Positions 22,931-32,996 of a DNA stretch of 64,000 bases are shown here, one piece after another. A model generated the notes under the pieces. The model was given only the letters and a program-made list of their open reading frames with translations. It had not been told where the DNA came from and did no database searches. Each line of letters starts with the position of its first letter. Position 1 is the stretch's first letter. This DNA comes from Chrysemys picta bellii (Eukaryota): contig NC_088806.1 in NCBI RefSeq assembly GCF_011386835.1, positions 26,226,001 to 26,290,000 on the forward strand. The letters run 5' to 3'. Position numbers and translations under genes: made by a program.

Positions 22931-23457
22931 GCCAAGGAGAAGATCTAGGCCCCTTTGTTATCCGAACCCCTCCCATTTCAGGGAGGGGGGGTGGGAGAGG
23001 TTCCTGGCTCTGCACTGGCCTGGGATCATCTCACCCAGAGCAGGGGGGGGGGGTATTCTCCCCCAGGTGTAAATACTGAACCCCTCCCCAAGCGGGAGAG
23101 GGCGGGAGGAACTGGGGAGAGGGTGGAAGCGGTTCCACTCCTGAGGAAGGTGGATTCTGCTCTGGAGCAGGGGAAGGGCCGTAGCTGGAGCTGCCGGCTG
23201 GGTTAGGAATCCTGGCCTGACTCCTGACCACTCCACTCAGGCTGGCTGTGCCTTAAAGCCACAAACAAGCTTCTCCTGACCAAAGACAACATCCTGTTTT
23301 CCCATCCACTGGGAGGATCCACAGGCCACTGTGGCTGGCTGAACACCACCCCTGTGATCCAGAACGCGGGCACTGCCCCCCACCTTGCCTGGGGCCTCTG
23401 CTGGGAAGGGCACAAAGGGGCTATCTCAGCATAGGCTCAGAGCAGGGCTTCCCTCCG

Positions 23458-24760
23458 CTAGTGCACAGCTCCTGGGAACCCCTGGCGCTGAGACGTGACC
23501 GTGTCCCCTCCGCTAGTGCACAGCTCCTGGGAACCCCTGGCGCTGAGACGTGACTGCGCCCTTCTCCCTGCTAGTGCACAGCTCCCAGGAACCCCTGGCA
23601 CTGAAACGTGACCATGTCCCCTTCACTAGTGCACAGCTCCCGGGAACCGCTGGCACTGAAACGTGACTGCGCCCTTCCCCCTGCTAGTGCACAACTCCTG
23701 GGAACCCCTGGCACTGAGACGTGACTGCGCCCTTTCCTCTGCTAGTGCACAGCTCCCGGGAACCCCTGGCACTGAAACGTGACCGTGTCCCCTTCGCTAG
23801 TGCACAGCTCCCGGGAACCCCTGGCACTGAAACGTGACTGCGCCCTTCCCCCTGCTAGTGCACAACTCCTGGGAACCCCTGGCACTGAGACGTGACTGCG
23901 CCCTTTCCTCTGCTAGTGCACAGCTCCCGGGAACCCCTGGCACTGAAACGTGACCGTGTCCCCTTCGCTAGTGCACAGCTCCCGGGAACCCCTGGCACTG
24001 AGACGTGACTGCGCCCTTCCCCCTGCTAGTGCACAGCTCCCGGGAACCCCTGGCACTGAAACGTGACCATGTCCCCTTCGCTAGTGCACAGCTCCTGGGA
24101 ACCCCTGGCACTGAAACGTGACCATGTCCCCTTCACTAGTGCACAGCTCCCGGGAACCCCTGGCACTGAGACGTGACTGCGCCCTTTCCTCTGCTAGTGC
24201 ACAGCTCCCGGGAACCCCTGGCACTGAAACGTGACCATGTCCCCTTTGCTAGTGCACAGCTCCCAGGAACCCCTGGCACTGAAACGTGACCATGTCCCCT
24301 TCACTAGTGCACAGCTCCCGGGAACCCCTAGCACTGAGACGTGACTGCGCCCTTCCCCATGCTAGTGCACAGCTCCCAGGAACCCCTGGCACTGAAACGT
24401 GACCGTGTCCCCTTCACTAGTGCACAGCTCCCGGGAACCCCTGGCACTGAAACGTGACCATGTCCCCTTTGCTAGTGCACAGCTCCCAGGAACCCCTGGC
24501 ACTGAAACGTGACCATGTCCCCTTCACTAGTGCACAGCTCCCGGGAACCCCTAGCACTGAGACGTGACTGCGCCCTTCCCCCTGCTAGTGCACAGCTCCC
24601 AGGAACCCCTGGCACTGAAACGTGACCGTGTGCCCTTCGCTAGTGCACAGCTTCCAGGAACCCCTGGCACGAAACATGACTACGTCCTCCTCCCTCCTCC
24701 CCATCCCACTAGTGCACAGCTCCCAGGAACCCCCGGCACTGAGATGTGACCGCGCCCCCT
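23458..24760. repeat. VNTR of ~23 units mixing 55-bp and 58-bp variants, between MFRP and C1QTNF5
   Basis: CTAGTGCACAGCTCC(C/T)(G/A)GGAACCCCTGGCACTGA(A/G)ACGTGAC core at 23 positions from 23458 to 24709. Confidence 0.98.
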
Positions 24761-25589
24761 GTGCTACATTACAGCTCACTACCTCATGCTGCCTTTGCAC
24801 ATTGCAATAACACTTTGTTGCCAAGTCTCCGGAGGAAAGAAAAGCAGCACTGCCTTTCCAAACAAGCCCAGGCCGTTTCAGAGGGAGGACGGGAGGTGGG
24901 GGCCGTAATCCAAATTCCAATTTTTGTAGTTCTAGTTTTGTTGCATACAAGTTACACATGAAAACTATTAAAATAATACGTGTGTGTGTACTTCCATTCT
25001 TTAAAAAGGTCATTCTCCCTCTTTCCATCCTCCGTGGTCTCTGTTGCCTCAGTGTGGTACATTCCCGTGTTGAACCGTTGAAGCATATCCTGGTGTGGGA
25101 CAAAAAATTGGCACATAGGATGTGTCAAGGAGCGGGCCACAAAGTTCATGAATTTGGGTGTGTTTTCTTAATTGAACAGGAGTGGGGACAGGAGGATTCT
25201 CAAATTCTGACGCTGCTCAATCACCGACACCACATTTAAACTCGAACTTTGTGTTGAAGTCACCTATTGCAAAAAAGGCCCAAGTAAGCAACCTCCAGAG
25301 GAAACAAGGCCCAAACCTCTGCAATCCGCAACTCTCAAAATATTTAAGCCGCTTTTTAGTAAAAAACAAGCCCACCAGAGTAAAACCTGCTGCACATGTC
25401 AACAGGAGGGGGAGAGAGAATTCTTCACTGTATTGCCTTTGGGGGGCAGTGGAGGAATTGTTACTGGTGTCAGGAAATCAGGCAGATGGACTGTTTCAGC
25501 CATTGTGTGTTTTCTGTACCTGGAGGGTCTGCCTCTAGCTCTGAGAGTGGCCCATTCAGTTCATAGCCTTTGGGACAATTGTCAAAAGG

Positions 25590-25800
25590 AGGCAGTGTGA
25601 CCGAGCAGTTAGAGCAGGACTCCGGACTTCAGGGGTCTACTCCCAGCTCTGCTGCAGACTGTCTGCACAAGTCACGTGACTGTCCCCTGCCTCAGTTTCC
25701 CCAATCTGTAAAAGAAGGATGCTGAGGCTGACCTGCCTCCCAGGAGGGTTGTGAGGATCAGTGTATGGCTGAAAGCACTAGAGCAGGATAGATTATCGCT
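25590..25800 (+). mobile_element. MIR/CORE-SINE-like copy carrying a perfect GTCACGTGAC at 25671-25680
   Basis: gcagtgtg..agcagttagagca...gcctcagtttcccca..ctgtaaaa...gggttgtgaggatca. Confidence 0.7.
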
Positions 25801-27239
25801 GTTGTTAATTTCTGCCAGTGGTGAGCCGGGCTTTTTGGTGATGGGGACACCTCTCCCATGGGAAGCTCCACAAACTCATTGGGCACACAGGTCTTTGCCT
25901 GGCTATCAGCCCTCTGGCTGGCTCCTTCTCCAGGGAATTCTCCTTGGCTGGAGCACCTCTCCCCCATCCCCATGCCAGGCAGAGCTGGGGCGAGAGGCTG
26001 AAATGAGTTAAATAAGAGTTTCAAAGGCCCACCTCAGGCACCGTGTCCCGTGCTCCAGCGATGGGGGAGAGACCTCCACTCACATCCGTGCTGGTGGTTT
26101 CCTCCATGGCGTTTCTGTAGCCGTCTGCAGAGCTGGCCGTGGCCTATTCCCTGGGATTGTGGGCACACACGGGTCAGCTGCACCGAGTCCTGCTGACAAC
26201 TCAGCCCCAGCTCCCAGAACTCAGCATATCTGGAGCTGGGGAGCCCAGCCCGTGGAAGCGATCAGGGACCTTGCTGGGGTCTTTGTGATGCTGCTGTCTG
26301 TCCGGCTCCAAGGAGAAACCTGCAGCGACCTGGGGAGCTGAAAGAGAGAAATGTGAGCCCAGGCCAAGTAACAGGTCGGTGTTTCACATTAGTAGGGGAG
26401 AGTGTTTGTGTGTTGTGCCAGCGAGGGTGTGACCCCTCCCCCCCCGTGCGTGTGTGCACTCCACGTTTGTGTGTTGTGCTGACGTGCGTGGCACCCGTGC
26501 TCAGCGTTAGTGGGTCTGTGCGTGTGGTCCGTGGCATTAGAGGTGTGTCCGTGGGTGGCGTTCGTGCATGCCATGTGGGCTTTGCTGCTCGCATGTGTGA
26601 CGTGGACAGTAACAATCGGCGCGCTGAGCGTGTGCCGTCCGTGGGTGTGTGGTTTAGTTCGTGTCTCATGACGCCCCAAGCAGGACCGAATTACAGGATT
26701 CCTCACGCCCTTTGCTCTTCACTCCCACCTGCCCCACCCGCAGCCTCTCCTCCTCCAAGACCTTCCACAAAACACCCGCCTGGCCCAAACACCTCACTGC
26801 TCCCCTCCAAGAGGCCAGTTTTCGGCTTGCCTCGCATTCCCCCTCCTTCCCCAGCCCTGTCACTGGGGCTCCGCTCCGTCCAGAGAAATCACCACAAAAA
26901 TGAGCCAACCCGTCTCTGGCCTGGCAGCACTCCCCACAGCACAAAGACTGGCCTGGTGCTTCCAGAATGGGGGAGCTGACACATTCATGGCTACTTACAT
27001 GATCTAGAGGATGCAAGCCACCTCCTTCACCCTCCTCTCGCTTTTCCTGTCCTTCCCTGTTCTGCCATTCCCCTCGCTGCTTTTCTTTCTCTGCCTCTTT
27101 CCCTTGGCGGCTCCGGTAGGGAGATGTGTTAAGTCAAGGAGTTTTTCTAGTCAGGTCTGTGGTTCTCTCTCCCGCCCTCCTCCCACTGGTTACAGCATTT
27201 CCGACACTGGGATATTTCCCCCCTCCTCTTGTAGCTCTT

Positions 27240-27400
27240 GGCTCTGAAAGTCACTGATTTCCTTTGGAGTTTGGGAGGAGAGACACAAGGAGGGGAAGGG
27301 GGGGCAGAGAGACAGCCTTTCCTCAGAGCTGAAGTGGCCAGGAAGAGCTCACAGGACAAGGGGACGCAAAGCAGGCGCAGCAAGAGAGCCGGGATACACA
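27240..27400 (+). other. Putative non-coding first exon of C1QTNF5 (5' end uncertain)
   Basis: Strong donor ACA|GTAAGT at 27401; ATG-free purine-rich sequence; next suitable acceptor is the C1QTNF5 coding exon at 30865. Confidence 0.4.
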
Positions 27401-27946
27401 GTAAGTAAAGCTAACCAGCTCCAGCTGCTCCGAACAAAGTTGGCGGTGTAGCTATGGGGCCAGACGGGCCATGGGATTTCCCTTAGCAACTCGGCCAGGC
27501 CCGGGAGCTCGGCTGAGTCCCAGCTCCAGTCATGACACATTCCAGCAGCAGGCTCTGTTTTTCTTCATTCCCTTTTATTTGGAGAAAGTGGCCTGCAGGA
27601 GTCCGGAAGGAGAGAGACCTGCTCCCCTTCCGCTCCCCAATGGATCCCCGCTCATCTGGGCGCTCTGAGCCAGGCTGGGGCGAGGCCTGTGTGGGGCAAT
27701 GCAGGGGAGGCCAATGCTGAAGTGAGTTGGATAGCAGCCCTGCTTGGGGGAGCGGGGGGAATGCTAGCCTTGCAGGCAGGGGGAAGGGCTGGGTTCTGGC
27801 CCCGCTGGGAAGGTGGTAATGCTGCAGAAGCCGGGAGGGTGTCCCCACACTCCACAGCCTCGCGGGGGGGCGGGGAGAGGTGCTACCCTGCCTCTGAGTG
27901 CGGTGCTGCAGCCCCTGGGTAACTCGCCCTGGAGCCGGGAAGGGTC

Positions 27947-28290
27947 CACAGGTGCCAACTTTCACATGGTAAATAAGCACCCTGACTTTCACAATAAGCC
28001 AAAAATCGAGCTAATCCCGTTTCAAAACAAGGCCAAAACAAGAACCCCAACACTCCATGTGGCTAGATCCCCCCGGCGTGAGTCTGGGACTGTGGTGGGC
28101 CCGCGGTGCACCCCTGACTCTCTCCCCTCCTTGCCCCTGCTTGCCAGGAGCCCATAAAAAAAAGAAGCAACAAGCTACAAGCCAAACAAGCTACAAACCA
28201 AAAACTAGCCAACAAGCGACTCACAAGCCAATTAAGCCAAAATCAAGCCCAATTTCTGCGTTGTTTTTTTCCGTGGGTTTGGCATGTCTG
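27947..28290. mobile_element. 344-bp non-autonomous hAT element
   Basis: 8-bp TSD GAAGGGTC at 27939-27946 and 28291-28298; imperfect CA..TGCCAA termini. Confidence 0.8.
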
Positions 28291-29283
28291 GAAGGGTCCT
28301 GGCCTCGCGCCCCGTGTGAAGGGAGAGTTAGGAGCATGGGAGTCACCGTCAGCACAGCAGGAGCCCCCTTGGGGAACGAGCACAGAGTGGAGGGTGCAGG
28401 GCAAAGGGACCCCTAGAGCAGGAGTCCAGAGGGGCTGCCAAGCAGGGTCAGTGTTAGACTCACTGGAGCCCCGACGCCCTGAGCTCTGACACCTGGGGCT
28501 GAAGTTGAAGCCTGAACAACTTAGCTTTGCGGGGCCCGCTGTGGTGTGGGGCCCCAGGCAAATTCCCTGCTTGCTGCCCCCTAACGCCGGCCCTGGTTTT
28601 ATATGCAGAAAACCAGTTGTGGCGGCACAGCTGGGCTGGGGAGCTTTTATAGCATGTTGGCGGGGGGAGGGGAGCTCAGAAAGAAAAAGGTTGAGAATCC
28701 CCTGCCCTAGAGGGCAAGAAAATAGAGACAGGATCCTTGACCACAACCCACAACCACCCACCCCACAGCCCACAACCACCCACACACCCCACACTCACAA
28801 CCCAGGACACACACAGCCCACAACCACCCACACACCCCACACTCACAACCCAGGACACACAGCCCACAACCACCCACACACCCCACAGCTCGCAATCACC
28901 CACCCACCCTCAGCTCACAACCCAGGACACAGCCCACAACCACCCACCCACCCCACAGCCCACAACCACCCACACATCCCACGCTCACAACCCAGGACAC
29001 ACACAGCCCACAACCACCCACACACCCCACGCTCACAACCCAGGACACACAGCCCACAACCACCCACACACCCCACGCTCACAACCCAGGACACACAGCC
29101 CACAACCACCCACCCACCCCACAGCCCACAACCACCCACACACCCCACGCTCACAACCCAGGACACACAGCCCACAACCACCCACACACCCCACGCTCAC
29201 AACCCAGGACACACAGCCCACAACCACCCACACACCCCACAGCCCACAACCACCCACACACCCCACGCTCACAACCCAGGACA

Positions 29284-29421
29284 TGTCTTGCATCTGAAGA
29301 AGTGAGGTTCTTACCCACGAAAGCTTATGCTCCCAGTACTTCTGTTAGTCTCAAAGGTGCCACAGGACCCTCTGTTGCTTTTTACAGATTCAGACTAACA
29401 CGGCTACCCCTCTGATACTTG
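29284..29421 (+). mobile_element. 138-bp Penelope-like element end fragment
   Basis: Abrupt composition change; recalled PLE tail (ctgttagtc..aaggtgccac...agactaacacggctacccctctgatactt); flanked by an 11-bp duplication AACCCAGGACA (29273-29283, 29422-29432). Confidence 0.85.
29290..29330 (+). ncRNA. Minimal type-I hammerhead ribozyme motif (PLE-associated)
   Basis: Stem I GCAT/ATGC; core CUGAAGA 29294-29300; stem II GUG(A)GGU-UCUU-ACCCAC; GAAA 29319-29322; palindromic AAGCUU helix III; CUU cleavage triplet after 29326. Confidence 0.8.
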
Positions 29422-30883
29422 AACCCAGGACACACAGCCCACAACCACCCACACACCCCACGCTCACAACCCAGGACACACAGCCCACAACCACCCACCC
29501 ACTCCACAGCCCACAACAACCCACACACCCCACGCTCACAACCCAGGACACACACAGCCCACAACCACCCACACACCCACAGCTCACAACCCATAACACA
29601 CACAGCCCACAACCACCCATACACCCCACACCCACCCACCCAGAGCCCACAACCACCCCCACAGCCCACAACCCAAGACACACAGCCCACAACCACCCAT
29701 ACACCCCACACCCACCCACCCAGAGCCCACAACCACCCCCACAGCCCACAATCCAAGACACACAGCCCACAACCACCCACACACAGCCCACGCTCACAAC
29801 CCATGACACAGCCCACAACCACCCACACACCACAACCCACAGCCACCCACACACCCCACAGCCACCCACACCCCACAGCTCACAACCCATGACACACACA
29901 GCTCACAGCACCCCACAGCTCACAATCCCCCAAACACCCCACACCTCACAACCCATGACACACAGCCCACAACCATGCACACACCCCACGCTCACAACCC
30001 ATGACACAAAGCCGACAACCACCCACACACCCCACACTCACAACACATGACACACAGCCCACAACCACCCACACAGCCCACAGCTCACAACCCATGACAC
30101 ACACAGCTCACAACCCCACACAGCTCACAATCCCCCACACACTCCATACCATACAACCCATGACACACAGCCCACAATTACCCACACACCCCACAGCTCA
30201 CAACCCATGACACACACAGCTTACAACCACTCACACAGCCCACGACCACTCACACACCCCACAGCTCACAACCCATGATGCCCTCCACACAGCTCACAAC
30301 CCGCGACATGCCCTCCACACGCAGCTCACAACCACCAACACACCTCACAGCTCACAACCCATAACACACAGAGCTCAGAACCACCCATGTCTCACAACCC
30401 ATGATGCCCTCCACACAGCTCACAGCCTACAACTCACCACATACACACCCCTCAATCCAGCTCACAACCAACCATGCACATACCCACCGCATAGCTCACA
30501 GCACACTATACACACAACTCACACACACACACCCTTTCCAGCCCAACACACGCACCTGGCCGATCTAGCCCATTGTCCTCCCTCCTGTTGTGCCATGGTT
30601 CTCAGATACCCTGGTGAGGGGAAGATTGGACTGGACTGACCAGGCTCGTGGCCTACCCAGGCCAGTATCCCATACCTCCTACCTTTCTGGGCCGGACCGC
30701 TGGTCCATCAAGTTCGGTGTCCAGTGTCTCTGGTACCCAACCTCAGTCGGAGCGTTGCTGTGGAATGAGGGAAACGTACAGCCCACACACCCTAATCAGA
30801 GCTGTCAAGCCAGGGCCTCCACCTCTCAGACCGCTAGAGACATAACGGTTCACTCTCCTCCCAGCCCCTCCATGGCAGCTGAG

Positions 30884-31094
30884 ATGAAGCAGCTCCTCTT
30901 CCTCTTCCTCGGGCTGATCGCCAGTTCCATCCAGATTGAGGACAACAAGATCCCGAGCCTGTGCTCTGGGCAGCCCGGAATCCCAGGCACACCCGGCATC
31001 CACGGAAGCCAGGGTCTTCCAGGCAGAGATGGACGCGACGGCCGGGACGGAGCAGCCGGGACGCAGGGAGAGAAGGGAGAGATCGGGCAACCTG
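30884..31094 (+). CDS. C1QTNF5: C1QTNF5 (CTRP5) first coding exon: signal peptide and start of the collagen repeat (in-frame upstream ATG at 30872)
   Basis: Acceptor cag| 30862-30864; [36 protein letters not shown] matches human; G|GTAAGG 31095. Confidence 0.96.
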
Positions 31095-31472
31095 GTAAGG
31101 AGACCTCTCTGCTGGAGAATGCACCAGGAACTGGAGCCCAGCTCCCAGTGAAGAAGGATCTAATGGCAGACCCGCACGGGGCCAGTTGGGTTAACCAGCC
31201 AGCCAGATAGATCCAAAGGGGCTAAGCACCTGGGTCTCCATGTTCTTCCTTCAAGGGGAAATAAATTAGATAGCATGGAGTTGATGTGAGCTGGGGAGTA
31301 GGTCCTATCTGATCTGTTTGGGATCCATGACACGCAGCCAGGGGCACAGATCCCATGGGGATGGGTGTATCACGAATTAGATCCAGAGATGGATGGGCTG
31401 GCTGGTTATTAGTGGCTCCGGTGCACTGGGCATCTCTCCTGCCCCTGTGATGTTCTCTCTCCTCCCCCTCAG

Positions 31473-31990
31473 GAGTCCCAGGTCCCCGCGGGGACAGCGG
31501 CAGCCCCGGCATGAATGGTCTGAATGGGGAGAAGGGGGTGCAGGGGGAGTGCGCGGTGGCTCCCCGCTCAGCCTTCACCGCCAAGCGCTCGGAGTCGCGC
31601 AGCCCGCCCCTGGCGGACCAGCCCATCCGCTTTGACGTGGTGCTGATCAACGAACAGGGCCACTATGACGCGGACACGGGCAAGTTCACCTGCGAGATCC
31701 CCGGCGTCTACTACTTTGCCGTCCACGCCACCGTGTACCGTGCCAGCCTGCAGTTTGACATCATGAAGAACGGCCATTCGGTGGCCTCCTTCTTCCAGTT
31801 CTACGGCAACTGGCCCAAGCCCACCTCGCTGTCGGGCGGTGCCCTGGTGCGCCTGGAGCCTGAGGACGAAGTGTGGGTTCAAGTCGGGGTGGGTGACTAC
31901 ATCGGCTTCTACTCCAGCATCAAGACAGACAGCACCTTCACCGGCTTCCTGGTGTACACCTACTGGCAGAACTCCGCCGTCTTCGCCTGA
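31473..31990 (+). CDS. C1QTNF5: C1QTNF5 last coding exon: collagen end and gC1q domain
   Basis: ag| 31471-31472; [54 protein letters not shown]; TGA 31988-31990. Confidence 0.98.
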
Positions 31991-32119
31991 GACCCGAGCT
32001 GCCGGGGGCGGGGGGAGCGACCGAGGAGTGCCGTCCCCTCGGCGCACAGCCCAAACCCCGTCACGTCCCCTGGGGAGGGACCCCCAAGAGGCATCCGGGT
32101 CCAGTGGCCTAAGCATGGT

Positions 32120-32270
32120 CCTGGGAGCCAGGACTCCTGGGTTCTTCGCCATTGACGCTTCCCACGACTGCGTACAGTGGGGATAATGATGCTTCCCTAC
32201 CCCAGAGTGGGACTCTGTGAGGATTCATTAGTTAGTACTGCATAAGAGCTAAGTATTCTTATTATCACTG
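32120..32270 (+). mobile_element. SINE-like fragment in the C1QTNF5 3' UTR
   Basis: ggagccaggactcctgggttc...ggggataatgatgcttccctacc..tgtgaggattcattag. Confidence 0.55.
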
Positions 32271-32990
32271 GTGCATGAAGTTTGGGAGGTCTCAGCCCAG
32301 CCGGTCTCCTGGCTCCCTGAGGCACTCGCTGTCTGTGCGATGGAGACGCATATTCCCTGAGGTGTGAGCGTTGCATCCCAGCGAGACTGGGCAGCATCCG
32401 CGGCACAGACCCCCCGGTGTCTGTGGGGCTCACTCGCCCCCTATCTCAGCAGAGAAGCCAAGGGCTGGGTGGGCCGTGGGGACTGAATGCCCGGCATGTT
32501 GCCGGGGCTGTGCTGGGGAAGCCTGCCGCGGTGCCCTCCCTGCACTGAGCATAAACAGGGCTCTTCGGGGGCTTCCGATGCACAGCCCAGACCCTCAGCT
32601 GCTGTAAATCACATCGCTCCTCTATGGAGCTATACGCCAGCTGAGGATCTCGCCGGATCTTCTTCCCACGGGGATACAGAGAAACCCCATTGAAGCCAAT
32701 GTGGGGGCTCCAGGCGGACCCAGTTACAACAGGCTGGACCCTGCTCCCACTATGTGCTGCCATTTGACAAACAGACGCCACATGTGGCCTGACTCCAGTA
32801 CCCGCTAGACCTGCTCCAAACGCACCCTGCATAGGCCGTGGCTGGGACGTGGAGCAGGGGCTTGGTTGACAGACGGTAGCTTTGCCGGCTCAGCCACCCA
32901 ACCTCATCTGTGCTAGGTGCAGGGACCACCCTGCTTTCATGCCACCCAGACGTCGCTCTCACAGTGTATATGACCTCCCTGTGAACCCTC

Positions 32991-32996
32991 AATAAA
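32991..32996 (+). terminator. Candidate C1QTNF5 poly(A) signal AATAAA
   Basis: First AATAAA after the stop (1.0 kb), followed by GU-rich sequence. Confidence 0.6.

Larger units (their letters stand above)
28737..30530. repeat. CA-rich modular minisatellite (~46-48 bp and ~25 bp units, degenerating rightward), interrupted at 29284-29421
   Basis: Repeated cacagcccacaaccacccacacacccc and cacgctcacaacccagga blocks; plus strand almost only A/C. Confidence 0.95.

Noticed and set aside
23458-24760. Regularly spaced repeat array as a possible CRISPR
   Set aside because: No unique spacers (only two recurring variants), no cas genes, and a vertebrate intron-exon context; it is a VNTR.
28505-29899. 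Mucin-like Thr/Pro/His ORFs and Cys/Gly/Val antisense ORFs
   Set aside because: Open only because the A/C array lacks stop codons; interrupted by the PLE insert; no signal peptide or splice logic.
31568-32152. 194-aa antisense ORF over C1QTNF5, and similar shadows over MFRP and RNF26 exons
   Set aside because: Antisense shadow of GC3-rich coding sequence.
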